This document shows, in pieces, positions 1 through 9,152 of a DNA stretch of 64,000 bases; positions within the stretch are counted from its first letter, which is position 1, and each line of letters starts with the position of its first letter. Source of the DNA: Minisyncoccia bacterium (lineage in GTDB: Bacteria > Patescibacteriota > Minisyncoccia > Phycocordibacterales > UBA9973); NCBI GenBank assembly GCA_049287305.1, contig JBAQFO010000013.1, forward strand, positions 189 to 64,188, written 5' to 3'. Position numbers and translations under genes: made by a program. The notes beneath the pieces are model-generated. The model did no database searches. It saw nothing but the letters and a program-made list of their open reading frames with translations, and had not been told where the DNA came from.

Positions 1-32
1 TTTCAACCGCTCGTGCCAATGAAGCTGACAGC

Positions 33-503
33 TTGCATTTATATAACGCATTAGAAAACACTACATCTTTGAATGAGATGCTCAACTACCAAGCGCAGGT
101 AACTCTAGTTGAGCAACTTGCCGATAAATCTTTCACCGCTGCCGTGGGAAAAAAAGAGGCGACAGAGAAAGACATAGAACTTACCCTTAAGGAAATTACC
201 GCAAAACAAAACTCGGCTATAGAAAAATCCGAAAATGCCATAAGCACAATAAAAAACACGAGCGGTCTACGCGTGGCGGTTCTAGGAAACAATCTAGGAA
301 CTTTGGAATTCCAACTGGTGCAGATTAAAGGCCTTCAGGCCCTACTTGACTCTTTGATTTCCAAGACGGTGAATGCGCCTCTTAAAATGCAAATGCGGGA
401 ACAAATTGAAACCTTGAAGCAGGAACAAGAAAAAATTGAAGCTCTATTGGCGGAAAAAGAAGGAAAATTCAGTTTCCTTGGATGGCTAGTGGCTACTTTA
501 TAA
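33..503 (+). CDS. hypothetical coiled-coil protein, possibly the C-terminal part of a longer upstream ORF
   Basis: ORF from the six-frame track; heptad-like, Glu/Lys/Leu-rich composition; no recognisable catalytic motif. Confidence 0.4.
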   Translation: MHLYNALENTTSLNEMLNYQAQVTLVEQLADKSFTAAVGKKEATEKDIELTLKEITAKQNSAIEKSENAISTIKNTSGLRVAVLGNNLGTLEFQLVQIKGLQALLDSLISKTVNAPLKMQMREQIETLKQEQEKIEALLAEKEGKFSFLGWLVATL

Positions 504-514
504 TATAAAAGGGG

Positions 515-751
515 TTAAGAAAGCTCTAGGAGTTTGGCAATTTTCGGCTTATCAAAGCCTACGGTTAGTTCGTCCCCGATAATAATAACAGGCACGCCCA
601 TTTGTCCGCTTTTTTCCACCATTTCCTTTCTTTTTTCCATGTCGCTTGCCACGTCGTATTCCGTGTAAGCTACGTTGTTTTCTTTAAAATAATCCTTGGC
701 CATATGGCAGAAGTGGCAGGACGGAGTTGAGTAAATTGTTACGTTTTTCAT
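515..751 (-). CDS. glutaredoxin/NrdH-like thioredoxin-fold redox protein
   Basis: 78 aa; CHFC (CxxC) active-site motif right after the N-terminal beta-strand (YSTPSCHFC) and a conserved GVP...IG pattern typical of small glutaredoxin-like proteins. Confidence 0.75.
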   Translation of the reverse strand: MKNVTIYSTPSCHFCHMAKDYFKENNVAYTEYDVASDMEKRKEMVEKSGQMGVPVIIIGDELTVGFDKPKIAKLLELS

Positions 752-803
752 GATATTTTTCTATTATACTTCTAATACTTTTAATTATAGCATACGTGTC
801 AAG

Positions 804-841
804 CGGCGGCGGAATGCGAGAATCGGCTATTACATAGCGGT
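804..841 (-). repeat. partial direct copy of the tRNA-Gly 3' end (GCGGNATGCGAGAATCG...CATAGCGGT); putative att-site remnant
   Basis: 804-826 gcggcggaatgcgagaatcgg matches the plus-strand sequence of the real tRNA 3' half at 19208-19226 (gcgggatgcgagaatcgaa) in the same orientation; the flanking 9-mer catagcggt (833-841) also matches 19279-19287 next to the tRNA 5' end. Confidence 0.4.
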
Positions 842-1082
842 GCCCCATCCGCGTCTCGGACGAGATGATATCAAGCAGTATAAGCGTTTTCCGAAGAATA
901 TTCAACCAGTTTCCTAACCCCTCCGCATAGGGGGTCATTTTTTGTAAATGAGACAAATGAGACACGAAAAGGGTGTCTTGGGCACTGTCTCATTTACAGA
1001 CTGAATAGACACAATAGACAGTATAAAAAGGGCAGTTTCGGTATCTCTGGACTCCAAAGCCAATCGGCGTCATCCATTAGGA

Positions 1083-1400
1083 ATGGACGATATCGAAGCC
1101 GTCATAGAAGCCAGCAAGCATTTGAGATTCGAAGAAAACGACCCGAAAGGTACGCTCAATCGTATTTCCAGTTTGCCCGAATCCAAAGCTCGGATTAAGC
1201 GGGCAATCAAGGAACGCATTCGGCTACTGACGGCATCGTACATTTCTCTGGCTTCCTTCGTGCCTGACGAGGATGCGGACTATGCCGCCGGGCTTTACGG
1301 CGAGCAAAGTAAAGAGCGGTTGACACGGATTTTCAGGAAAGTGCTCAAAGAAACGAACAGGCTCGAAAAGGAAATGAGGGACTTTGACCCGTTCAATTGA
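1083..1400 (+). CDS. hypothetical protein (island-encoded)
   Basis: ORF only; charged, helical-looking; no motif recognised. Confidence 0.4.
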   Translation: MDDIEAVIEASKHLRFEENDPKGTLNRISSLPESKARIKRAIKERIRLLTASYISLASFVPDEDADYAAGLYGEQSKERLTRIFRKVLKETNRLEKEMRDFDPFN

Positions 1401-1476
1401 AATGCCAACAAATGCCAATAAAATGGGATTTTGAAGAGTAGCTAAAAACGGGCAAAAATGCTAGATTGCATAGATA

Positions 1477-2676
1477 ATGAAAGAGTATTTGCCAGAATGG
1501 AAGATATATTTGTGGAAAAAGCTGTTGCTCGATACTAGTGACTCGGACAGGGTATTTCAGCCCAACGATTTTATCTTCTTCGATACGGAGGACCAACAAC
1601 GCTTGGTATTGCTAAACGCACAAAAAGGCATTAACAGGATAAACTCATATACGATTGAACTCGCCAAAGGAGCAAAAACGGAAATCGGCGGTGCCGATGG
1701 GCCAAGCTCCGACCAGTATTATAAATTCGAGGTACGGAAGATCTTGTTAGCCCTCATTGAACTGGCCATCGAAGACCCTCGTTGTTTAAAGATCACAGAC
1801 ATCGAGCTAGGGAAAAAAGTGTTGCATGACTATCGCCAGAAAATGAAAGCCCGCCTGACGGATAAACAAAGAAGAGAGCTTGCAGTTCTTTCCATAACGG
1901 CTGGGCTTGGCGGACAACTACCTAAAAACGACCCCCTTCTTGTGGACCTTTTTTGCGGTTTACCGGAATACATATATAACAAAGTCGATAAAGGAGAGAA
2001 GCTCACGTTGCCAAATCTTGACATTCTAATTGACCAAACATCCGACGCAACCATCTTCTCTTCGCTTCGCTTCAAGCTCACCATAGACAAGAAAAATTTG
2101 CAGGCACGTCTAAACGCCTACGTCGCTGACTTTATAGCGGGCGAATTGATCCCGCCTCAAGGAGTTAGGCTCTTCATATTTGAGCAGCAGAAAAACAACA
2201 TCCTCGGTGCGATCCAGTCCTTAGCAGCGAGATACGGTAAAAAGAATATTGCGATAACTTTCGAGGAAGTCGCTCGGATTGGCGGTTGGGCGAACAAAGA
2301 TGAGCATCACTACCGATTTTATGAAACGATATTGGCTCTGGAGCAATTGGGAGAAATCGAAATAAAGGACCTACGGAAAGAAGAGGTTATCCTGTCGCTC
2401 GTAGAAAAAACCGTTCCGGAAAAAGAAAAAGTTGCCCCAGTAAAAGAGTTGTCCCCTGCGGATAAAAAGAAACTTTTCATTTTAGAGAAACTCAAAGAAG
2501 ATTGGGACTTGGCTCCCAAAGACGGGAGACAGGTGCAGCTTAAAATTTCTGGCGACCAGGTATATGAATGGATGATGGAACTCGGCATCAATTATTACTC
2601 GCTGGAAAACATCCTGCTTGGTTTCAAGAAAGAAGGCCTAATCATTAAGTACGAGTCGATAAACCCCGCCATGTAA
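1477..2676 (+). CDS. hypothetical protein, 399 aa (island-encoded)
   Basis: long ORF with typical coding composition; no recognisable motif. Confidence 0.5.
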   Translation: MKEYLPEWKIYLWKKLLLDTSDSDRVFQPNDFIFFDTEDQQRLVLLNAQKGINRINSYTIELAKGAKTEIGGADGPSSDQYYKFEVRKILLALIELAIEDPRCLKITDIELGKKVLHDYRQKMKARLTDKQRRELAVLSITAGLGGQLPKNDPLLVDLFCGLPEYIYNKVDKGEKLTLPNLDILIDQTSDATIFSSLRFKLTIDKKNLQARLNAYVADFIAGELIPPQGVRLFIFEQQKNNILGAIQSLAARYGKKNIAITFEEVARIGGWANKDEHHYRFYETILALEQLGEIEIKDLRKEEVILSLVEKTVPEKEKVAPVKELSPADKKKLFILEKLKEDWDLAPKDGRQVQLKISGDQVYEWMMELGINYYSLENILLGFKKEGLIIKYESINPAM

Positions 2677-2680
2677 ATAT

Positions 2681-3163
2681 ATGTCTAACGATTTATACAT
2701 ACAACTTCCAAATGACTTTGAAGAGCAGTACCTGAAATACAAGGCTGCTCTTTTGGGCGAAGAAATTAAGCCCGTGAAAACCGAGATTTTTCAGGAGGCA
2801 GATAAAAAATATTCCGACCTAAAAGAGCCGATAATGATAAAAACTTTGGGAATAGAAATTAGCGACTATTATATATCGAAGGGCAACGAAAAACGCGAAA
2901 TTAACGCTACAGATAAATGGCTCATATATTTCTTGTACTACAAATTTACGAAAAATAAAGACGAGTGTTTTAGACCCGAACGACTCGTGGCAGAAATGGA
3001 GGCGGAACTGGGCAAAAAAACTGAAAAATATATCGAAAATAGAATTGGGGAAATAAACAAACTGGTTAAAGAACTAATAGTAAAAGGCAGGACGAACATT
3101 GGAAAATTTATTAAGCACGAAAAAGGCCGCGGCTATCACTTAAATCCCAAAATTGTGATATAG
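2681..3163 (+). CDS. hypothetical protein, 160 aa (island-encoded)
   Basis: ORF starts 5 nt after the previous stop (operon-like); no motif recognised. Confidence 0.45.
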   Translation: MSNDLYIQLPNDFEEQYLKYKAALLGEEIKPVKTEIFQEADKKYSDLKEPIMIKTLGIEISDYYISKGNEKREINATDKWLIYFLYYKFTKNKDECFRPERLVAEMEAELGKKTEKYIENRIGEINKLVKELIVKGRTNIGKFIKHEKGRGYHLNPKIVI

Positions 3164-3257
3164 GCCACAAAATAATCCCAAGAAAATAAACGCTTGGGAA
3201 AATTCAATATTTTTTTCTCTGAAATACCTTTGTAAAATAAGGGTGTTTTTTAATATA

Positions 3258-3283
3258 TCACAAACAGGTCACAAAATTTGTGA
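3258..3283. promoter_or_regulatory. operator-like palindrome TCACAAA-a-TTTGTGA plus an upstream TCACAAA half-site, in the AT-rich region upstream of the methyltransferase operon
   Basis: perfect 7-bp inverted repeat with 1-nt spacer at 3269-3283; extra direct half-site at 3258-3264; lies in a 200-bp AT-rich intergenic region about 90 bp before the 3370 start. Confidence 0.3.
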
Positions 3284-3369
3284 TTCCTCTAGAAGTTAAA
3301 CTTAAGATAATTCTTTTCGAGAAGAAGATTATAAATTTTATTCACCTTCCTTTTCTCTAATCATACTAT

Positions 3370-4698
3370 ATGTCTAGAAAAAAGGAAAGCAAAAAACATA
3401 TGAGAGAAAATACATTACACGGAGAGAAGCTAACATGGGCGACGACGAGGCGAAAAGTCGTGGACTTGCTACCTAGTGGCTACAATCCACGAAAAATGAG
3501 CGAGAGTGAGCGTCGAGACCTCGAAGATTCCATTAAGGAGTTCGGTACGGTCGTGCCGGTGGTCTTGAATATCGGGACTAGAGATAACGTGCTCATAGGG
3601 GGCCACCAACGCGTCACCATTTATGCTGACCTCGGAATAAAAGAAGTCGATGCCATGGTGCCGAGCCGAGAGCTGAGCGAACAGGAAGAAAAAACGCTCA
3701 ACCTCCGGCTTAATAAAAATTTAGGAAGTTGGAACAATGAGCTCCTCAAGGAAATGGATATGGACTTGCTCCTCCATGTCGGATTTGACGACGAGGAATT
3801 GCAGGATTTGTTTGATGACGTGGACGTAATCGATGACGAGTTCGATGTCGAAAAAGCTATTAAAGAAACGAAGGTAGCGAAAGTGAAGCCGGGAGAAATC
3901 TGGCAGCTCGGCGAGCATCGGCTATTTGTAGGCGACTCGACAGACGCCGAAGGAGTGAAAAAATTAATGAACGGCGATCTGGCTGACGTCATATATTGTG
4001 ATCCGCCTTACAATATCGGCCTCGACTACTCCAAGGGGGTCGGCACCGATGGAAAGTATGAAGGCTCATACACCAGCAAAAAGGATTCCAAGAAAGATTC
4101 TGTCTATGCATCTTTCATTGACGCGAGCATCAAGGTGGCACTGGCAATTTCAAAACCAAATGCCCATATCTTCTACTGGTGCGACGAACGGTACATCTGG
4201 CTAACGCAAACGCTCTACCAGCAAAACAAAATCGACAGCAAGCGGGTGTGTTTGTGGATCAAAAATAATTTTAGCGTGACCCCGCAGGTGGCCTTCAACA
4301 AAGCATACGAGCCGTGCGTGTATGGAGTCATCGGGAAACCGCATCTCAATCGGAACTTCACCAATGCGAACGAACTCTTAAATCAGGAAATCGGGACGGG
4401 CAATCAGGTACACGAAGAAATTCTCGACATGATCAATCTCTGGATTGAAAAGAGGGACGCAGGACAGGACTACGCTCACCCTACGCAGAAGCCGGTGACC
4501 TTAAATGAAAAGCCTTTGAAAAGATGCAGTGCTCCAGGGCATATCGTCTTTTCCGGATTTGCCGGAAGCGGCAGCGACTTGATTGCCTGCGAGCAACTGA
4601 ATCGCAAATGGCGAGGAGTCGAACTCGATCCCATTTTTGCCACCGTCACTATTGACCGATGGGAGGCATTTACCAACCAAAAAGCGAAACTATTATGA
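3370..4698 (+). CDS. ParB-like nuclease (ParB/Srx) domain fused to an N6-adenine/N4-cytosine DNA methyltransferase
   Basis: N-terminal GGHQRV ParB-type motif; C-terminal DPPYNIG (motif IV of amino-MTases) and HPTQKP (AdoMet-binding motif I of the PF01555 family). Confidence 0.8.
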   Translation: MSRKKESKKHMRENTLHGEKLTWATTRRKVVDLLPSGYNPRKMSESERRDLEDSIKEFGTVVPVVLNIGTRDNVLIGGHQRVTIYADLGIKEVDAMVPSRELSEQEEKTLNLRLNKNLGSWNNELLKEMDMDLLLHVGFDDEELQDLFDDVDVIDDEFDVEKAIKETKVAKVKPGEIWQLGEHRLFVGDSTDAEGVKKLMNGDLADVIYCDPPYNIGLDYSKGVGTDGKYEGSYTSKKDSKKDSVYASFIDASIKVALAISKPNAHIFYWCDERYIWLTQTLYQQNKIDSKRVCLWIKNNFSVTPQVAFNKAYEPCVYGVIGKPHLNRNFTNANELLNQEIGTGNQVHEEILDMINLWIEKRDAGQDYAHPTQKPVTLNEKPLKRCSAPGHIVFSGFAGSGSDLIACEQLNRKWRGVELDPIFATVTIDRWEAFTNQKAKLL

Positions 4699-5453
4699 GT
4701 ACGACCATTAAGCAAGGAGACATATACAAGCTCGGAGAGCATATCATTGCCTGCGGCGATGCGTTGGATGCCAACTTTGTGAACAAGGTCATTGGCAACA
4801 GAAAAATCAGGGCGATACTTACAGACCCGCCGTATGGAGTCGACTATGTCCAAGGGAAAAAATATCTCAATCAAAAAATGGGGGTTGAGAGCGATAAGGA
4901 CATTGTCGGCGATCAACTGCAAACGGATGAAGAGTATGCGGAGTTCACTAGAAGCTGGCTCGGACTCGCCATTCCATATCTTGATTCATATAACGCCTGC
5001 TATATCTTCAACAGCGACCTGATGTTTCCCGCGCTCCGGCAAGGCATGAAACAAGCCGGATTCCATTACAGCCAGATGATCATCTGGCTCAAAAACCAAG
5101 TCGTCATGAATCGGAAAGACTATCTCATGATGTTCGAGTTAATCGCTTACGGCTGGTTCGGCAGGCACAAAATGGAGCGCTCGAAAGCAAAGAGCGTGCT
5201 TTTTCACCCGAAACCGAGTAAATCAAAACTGCACCCGACGCAAAAACCAGTGGGACTCTTGAGAAAGCTGATACCGAATTCTACGAAGATAAACGAATAT
5301 GTGTACGACCCGTTTCTTGGAAGCGGGAGTACGACCGTGGCTTGCGAACATCTCGGTCGAAGATGCATCGGCATAGATATTGATCCGGAATATGTGGCGA
5401 TAGCGATTGCCCGTGTGGAAAAGCTGACCGGCAAAAAAGCGGTAAAGGTATGA
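4659..5453 (+). CDS. DNA methyltransferase, N4/N6 (PF01555-like) family
   Basis: DPPYGV catalytic motif and HPTQKPVGLLRKLI AdoMet motif; start overlaps the previous gene by 40 nt (translational coupling). Confidence 0.8.
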   Translation: MGGIYQPKSETIMSTTIKQGDIYKLGEHIIACGDALDANFVNKVIGNRKIRAILTDPPYGVDYVQGKKYLNQKMGVESDKDIVGDQLQTDEEYAEFTRSWLGLAIPYLDSYNACYIFNSDLMFPALRQGMKQAGFHYSQMIIWLKNQVVMNRKDYLMMFELIAYGWFGRHKMERSKAKSVLFHPKPSKSKLHPTQKPVGLLRKLIPNSTKINEYVYDPFLGSGSTTVACEHLGRRCIGIDIDPEYVAIAIARVEKLTGKKAVKV

Positions 5454-5836
5454 GCGATGAATTTCCAAACCCAAAGAAATTCGGAGTGTACAAGACCCAA
5501 GACTTCGAGTCCTACGCTCTGTGGAAGGCGTTGCCCTCGTTCCTCCGGGGCCAGCCACGTCAAGTGCTTGAGAAATTCGGCATTGACGAGGAAATTGCGC
5601 TTGGCTTGCTTGAAATCAAAACGCAGGCCGAGTTCGCGAGGCGATTTAATATCAAGGATCCTGCAACTTTGACGGATTGGAACAAGAAATTGGAGAAGGA
5701 AGAAGTTATACCAAGAATCCACGCATGGGCCCGGAAGCTTACCCCGAACGTCATCTTTGCCCTCTACCGCACCGCGAGCAAACACGGCAAAGCACCCGAG
5801 GTAAAGGCGTGGCTGGAAATAGTGGAAGGCATGTAA
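5450..5836 (+). CDS. hypothetical small protein (phage-like, helix-rich; possibly DNA-binding)
   Basis: ATGA start/stop overlap with the upstream MTase gene; no definitive motif. Confidence 0.45.
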   Translation: MSDEFPNPKKFGVYKTQDFESYALWKALPSFLRGQPRQVLEKFGIDEEIALGLLEIKTQAEFARRFNIKDPATLTDWNKKLEKEEVIPRIHAWARKLTPNVIFALYRTASKHGKAPEVKAWLEIVEGM

Positions 5837-5842
5837 AAATAT

Positions 5843-6067
5843 ATGAAATATCCAAATTTAGAAAAATTAGGAGATAAAAACATGAACGCGGAAGACGTGG
5901 CGTCGATTCTTTCGCAGACTCTGAAGGATGTAGCGGCGAGAAAAATTACGCTCAGGTACGCACTTGTTGTATCCCGTCTCGCCCTCGCTCTGTCTAAAAC
6001 AATTGAAACGGTGGAACTGAAGAAGCGAGTGGAATTTATCGAGCAAGTTCTCAAAAAACGAAAATGA
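5843..6067 (+). CDS. hypothetical small protein
   Basis: 74-aa ORF; sits between coupled genes in the same orientation. Confidence 0.35.
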   Translation: MKYPNLEKLGDKNMNAEDVASILSQTLKDVAARKITLRYALVVSRLALALSKTIETVELKKRVEFIEQVLKKRK

Positions 6068-7575
6068 AAAACCTAGCTACTTTGTTGAAAAAAGGAGACC
6101 TGACTCCTAAGGAACGGATGCTCTTTCTGGTACACGATGCGGTAAGTAAGGACAAAACTGGCAAGGAAATTCTGACAGAAGCGGACAGGCACGCATTGTC
6201 GGAAGGATGGAAACCACTGCATGACCGCGAGGTAGACGAATATAACCGCTACAATAAAGGGTGGCGGACAGAGGGTTCCCTTCGACTGGATGCCCAGACT
6301 ACTTACTTGAACGCTCAAGTTTCCCTGCTGCGGTCGAGCAGGCTTCTCGACTACGCCATGTGGAGCGACTCCCTGCAAAAAGGAAATGGATTTGGGAAAA
6401 TACATCTCTATGTAGACGAAAACGAAGCGCTGGATCTTATCCTAAAAAATACCGGGCTTCGATTCGATCAATTTTTACATAGCTATACGTTTCAAAAAAT
6501 AGACGAGGACTTAAAAAAAGACATTTTAGCTCTCTACGAGGACGCGGGAACCGAAAGTCAGTACCTCGACCAGGAAGAAATTATCGCGGACTTGTTTAAT
6601 GGCACAGAACAGCTGACAGTGGAAGCAAAGGAAAAACTGGCTGACATAATCGCTGACGTGCCTCACAACAGATACGCCGAGCTTTTCAAGGAAAAAGGCA
6701 TGAAGTCTGGAGCATGGTGGTTCTATGGGTATTTCGCCGAACTGCCGACTTTGGAAATAGCGAAAAGGTGGGCAGACGAGAACGAGATCAGCTATGATGC
6801 CAATAGCGAAACCTTGGCGGAGGATTTGTCTCTCAAGATCCAAGATTATGCGGAGAAAAACAAAGTTGAGGTCAGAGAGCTATTAAGAAGAACCATCCGT
6901 AAATGGTTGGACGAGGGCTTGTTCGAAAAGAAGTACGTTCCTTTATGCAATAGTGCTGACAAAACTACGTGCAACGACAGCGACACTAAACTTCCCCACA
7001 TGGAGATTTTAAAAAGGTGGCTCAAAGCCAAGGACGAAGCAGAGGCAGAAATACAAAAACTGATAGATGCTGGGCAGTTGAAAGTTGAAGTCAGGGAAAA
7101 AGAAATTTTTGAATCAAAGGAGAGTATGAAAATAATAACGGGTGAGAGTTTGTATAACCTCCAAGGCGGTTTCGACTTCGCTCAAGATTTCAAAAACCAA
7201 GTTGAAGGCCTGAAGCCGCTCGATTGCCTCATTTTGTTTTTGCGAAACGGCGATTTCTTGAAGGGCTACGCTTCTCTCTTGGCCTTTGCCGATATTTACA
7301 AAAAACTATCGAGGCTTTACGAGATCGATTTGGGCTACAAAATAGACGGATTCATCAATGATTTCAAGAAAAGCATAGAACAGTTGAATGACGAACTGCG
7401 ATACCTTGCCGAAAAGTTGGAAGGAAATATTTACCGGGAAAACAACACCAAATTCCTGGCCGAGGTTTTCATGGACCGTATGCTTATTCGCCTGGAGGAC
7501 ATAGAGCCGGGAACGGACGAAACGGAAATGCACTATGCTCAAGAGTTTGAAAAAATATTTCTGAATTTATTTTAA
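6064..7575 (+). CDS. hypothetical protein, 503 aa
   Basis: ATGA overlap with the upstream ORF; long acidic, helical ORF; no motif recognised. Confidence 0.5.
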   Translation: MKNLATLLKKGDLTPKERMLFLVHDAVSKDKTGKEILTEADRHALSEGWKPLHDREVDEYNRYNKGWRTEGSLRLDAQTTYLNAQVSLLRSSRLLDYAMWSDSLQKGNGFGKIHLYVDENEALDLILKNTGLRFDQFLHSYTFQKIDEDLKKDILALYEDAGTESQYLDQEEIIADLFNGTEQLTVEAKEKLADIIADVPHNRYAELFKEKGMKSGAWWFYGYFAELPTLEIAKRWADENEISYDANSETLAEDLSLKIQDYAEKNKVEVRELLRRTIRKWLDEGLFEKKYVPLCNSADKTTCNDSDTKLPHMEILKRWLKAKDEAEAEIQKLIDAGQLKVEVREKEIFESKESMKIITGESLYNLQGGFDFAQDFKNQVEGLKPLDCLILFLRNGDFLKGYASLLAFADIYKKLSRLYEIDLGYKIDGFINDFKKSIEQLNDELRYLAEKLEGNIYRENNTKFLAEVFMDRMLIRLEDIEPGTDETEMHYAQEFEKIFLNLF

Positions 7576-7619
7576 TCACAAACAGCAAAAGACTGCGTGT
7601 AGCACCGCAGCCCCCGCCG

Positions 7620-8867
7620 GTAACATATTCTTTTAGTGGAGGCCGTCAGTTAGTGAACTTTAATAATGAACTATGCGACTAGAACTTAATGCGATCCGGA
7701 AACATGAGCGTCAACTGGGCCATGATTTCTCCCCAATTAAAGCAGGACTTCTCCCATCTCTCGGAGATGTCGGCTTGAGCGAGCCAGAGCAGTTTGACTA
7801 AAGCGTCATCGTGCGGGAAGACCTGGGTAGTCTTGGTTACTTTCCTAAACTGGCGGTTCAGATTTTCAATCGTGTTCGTGGTATAGATCATTCTCTTGAC
7901 CACTTGAGGATAGCCGAAAAACGGAGAAATATCGCTCCAGCGATTCTCCCAACTTTGCAGGTATGAGATGTACTGTGGCCACTGTTTTTCCATTTCTTTC
8001 AGGGCTTGGAGTCCGGCGTCTTCTGTCGCGGCGGTGTATACCGCTTTTAGATAATCGGCAAATTTCTTCCTGTCTTTGTTGGAGATGAACATCAGAGTGT
8101 GCCGGATTTGATGGACGACGCAGACCTGGACTTCCGTTCTTGGGAAAATGGTCTTAATGGCGTCGGGAAATCCTTTGAGTCCATCGACACAAGCGATAAG
8201 TATATCATCGACGCCCCTATTTTTTAACTCGTTCAGAACATGCATCCAGAATTTTGCGCCTTCTGTTTCACTGATCCAGATACCTAGGATTTCTCTGTGA
8301 CCATAGAGGTTAATGCCGAGAGCGATGTAGGCAACCTTTGAAGAGATTTTCCCGGCTTCACGAACTTTGAAGTGCATCCCATCCAAGTAAAGAATTGGGT
8401 AGCAGGAAGACAGCGGCCTGGCTTGCCACTCTTTCACAAGCGGAAACACTTTGTCGGTAATCGCGGAGATAGCAGGCTGTGATATTTCCATCTTGTTCGC
8501 TCGCTTCAGGAAATTGGAAATATCTCTGGTGGTTAATCCTTTAGCATAGAGGTCTATGATCATCGCCTCGGTTTCGTTGCCCACCAAGTCATACCACGGA
8601 CTGCGACTATTTGCTTCTTCCGGTAGATCAGGTTGGGAATTTGTCGGGATTAGGCTCGTCTGTTTGGGTTCGGATGGGAACGATTCTACCATGATGGTTT
8701 CTTCACTAATTTCAGGTTTTTCCTGCAATGCTGAAAGTTCCTTAGCCATCGCCAGAATTTCCTCAGGACTATTAATTTTCCGTATCTTGGTTTGATACCC
8801 GTACGGCAGGGTACTTATTTTATTTTTCATATGTTTGGTCGACCTGCCACCTAAAGAACGGTGTCAC
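7620..8867 (-). mobile_element. IS256-family insertion sequence (about 1.25 kb) with imperfect terminal inverted repeats
   Basis: left end 7620-7649 GTAACATATTCTTTTAGTGGAGGCCGTCAG; reverse complement of right end 8836-8867 is GTGACACCGTTCTTTAGGTGGCAGGTCGACCA; the two align as imperfect IRs flanking the transposase. Confidence 0.65.
7679..8830 (-). CDS. IS256 family (mutator-type) transposase
   Basis: 383 aa; conserved mutator-transposase pattern (ILYLDGMHFKVRE ... ACVDGLKGFPDAI ... VQVCVVHQIRHTL ... YTTNTIENLNRQFRKVTK). Confidence 0.9.
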   Translation of the reverse strand: MKNKISTLPYGYQTKIRKINSPEEILAMAKELSALQEKPEISEETIMVESFPSEPKQTSLIPTNSQPDLPEEANSRSPWYDLVGNETEAMIIDLYAKGLTTRDISNFLKRANKMEISQPAISAITDKVFPLVKEWQARPLSSCYPILYLDGMHFKVREAGKISSKVAYIALGINLYGHREILGIWISETEGAKFWMHVLNELKNRGVDDILIACVDGLKGFPDAIKTIFPRTEVQVCVVHQIRHTLMFISNKDRKKFADYLKAVYTAATEDAGLQALKEMEKQWPQYISYLQSWENRWSDISPFFGYPQVVKRMIYTTNTIENLNRQFRKVTKTTQVFPHDDALVKLLWLAQADISERWEKSCFNWGEIMAQLTLMFPDRIKF

Positions 8868-9152
8868 CTGCGAGCGGATGCCCGCGAGGACTATTTTACG
8901 AATTTTATTGGTTTTGCATAGATTTGTTTACAAAAAAGTGTTGAATTTATTGATTAAATTCATGACGCAACTATTGACTTTTGTGCGAAATATGATATAT
9001 TATATATGGTACCTGTTCCTTGCTAAGTACATACGTACAAAGTCTGCTCGTGACGAGCCAGAGGAATTATGGTACTAGAAAATTCTTATTGAGAATGTCT
9101 GCGGCATAGTGCCAAAGGCTCAATAAGGAAAACCCAACCTTGAGGGCAGACC

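Noticed and set aside
684-965. 93-aa minus-strand ORF overlapping the glutaredoxin gene and the att-like region
   Set aside because: It overlaps a well-supported CDS out of frame and covers the hairpin-rich non-coding junction. Composition is not coding-like.
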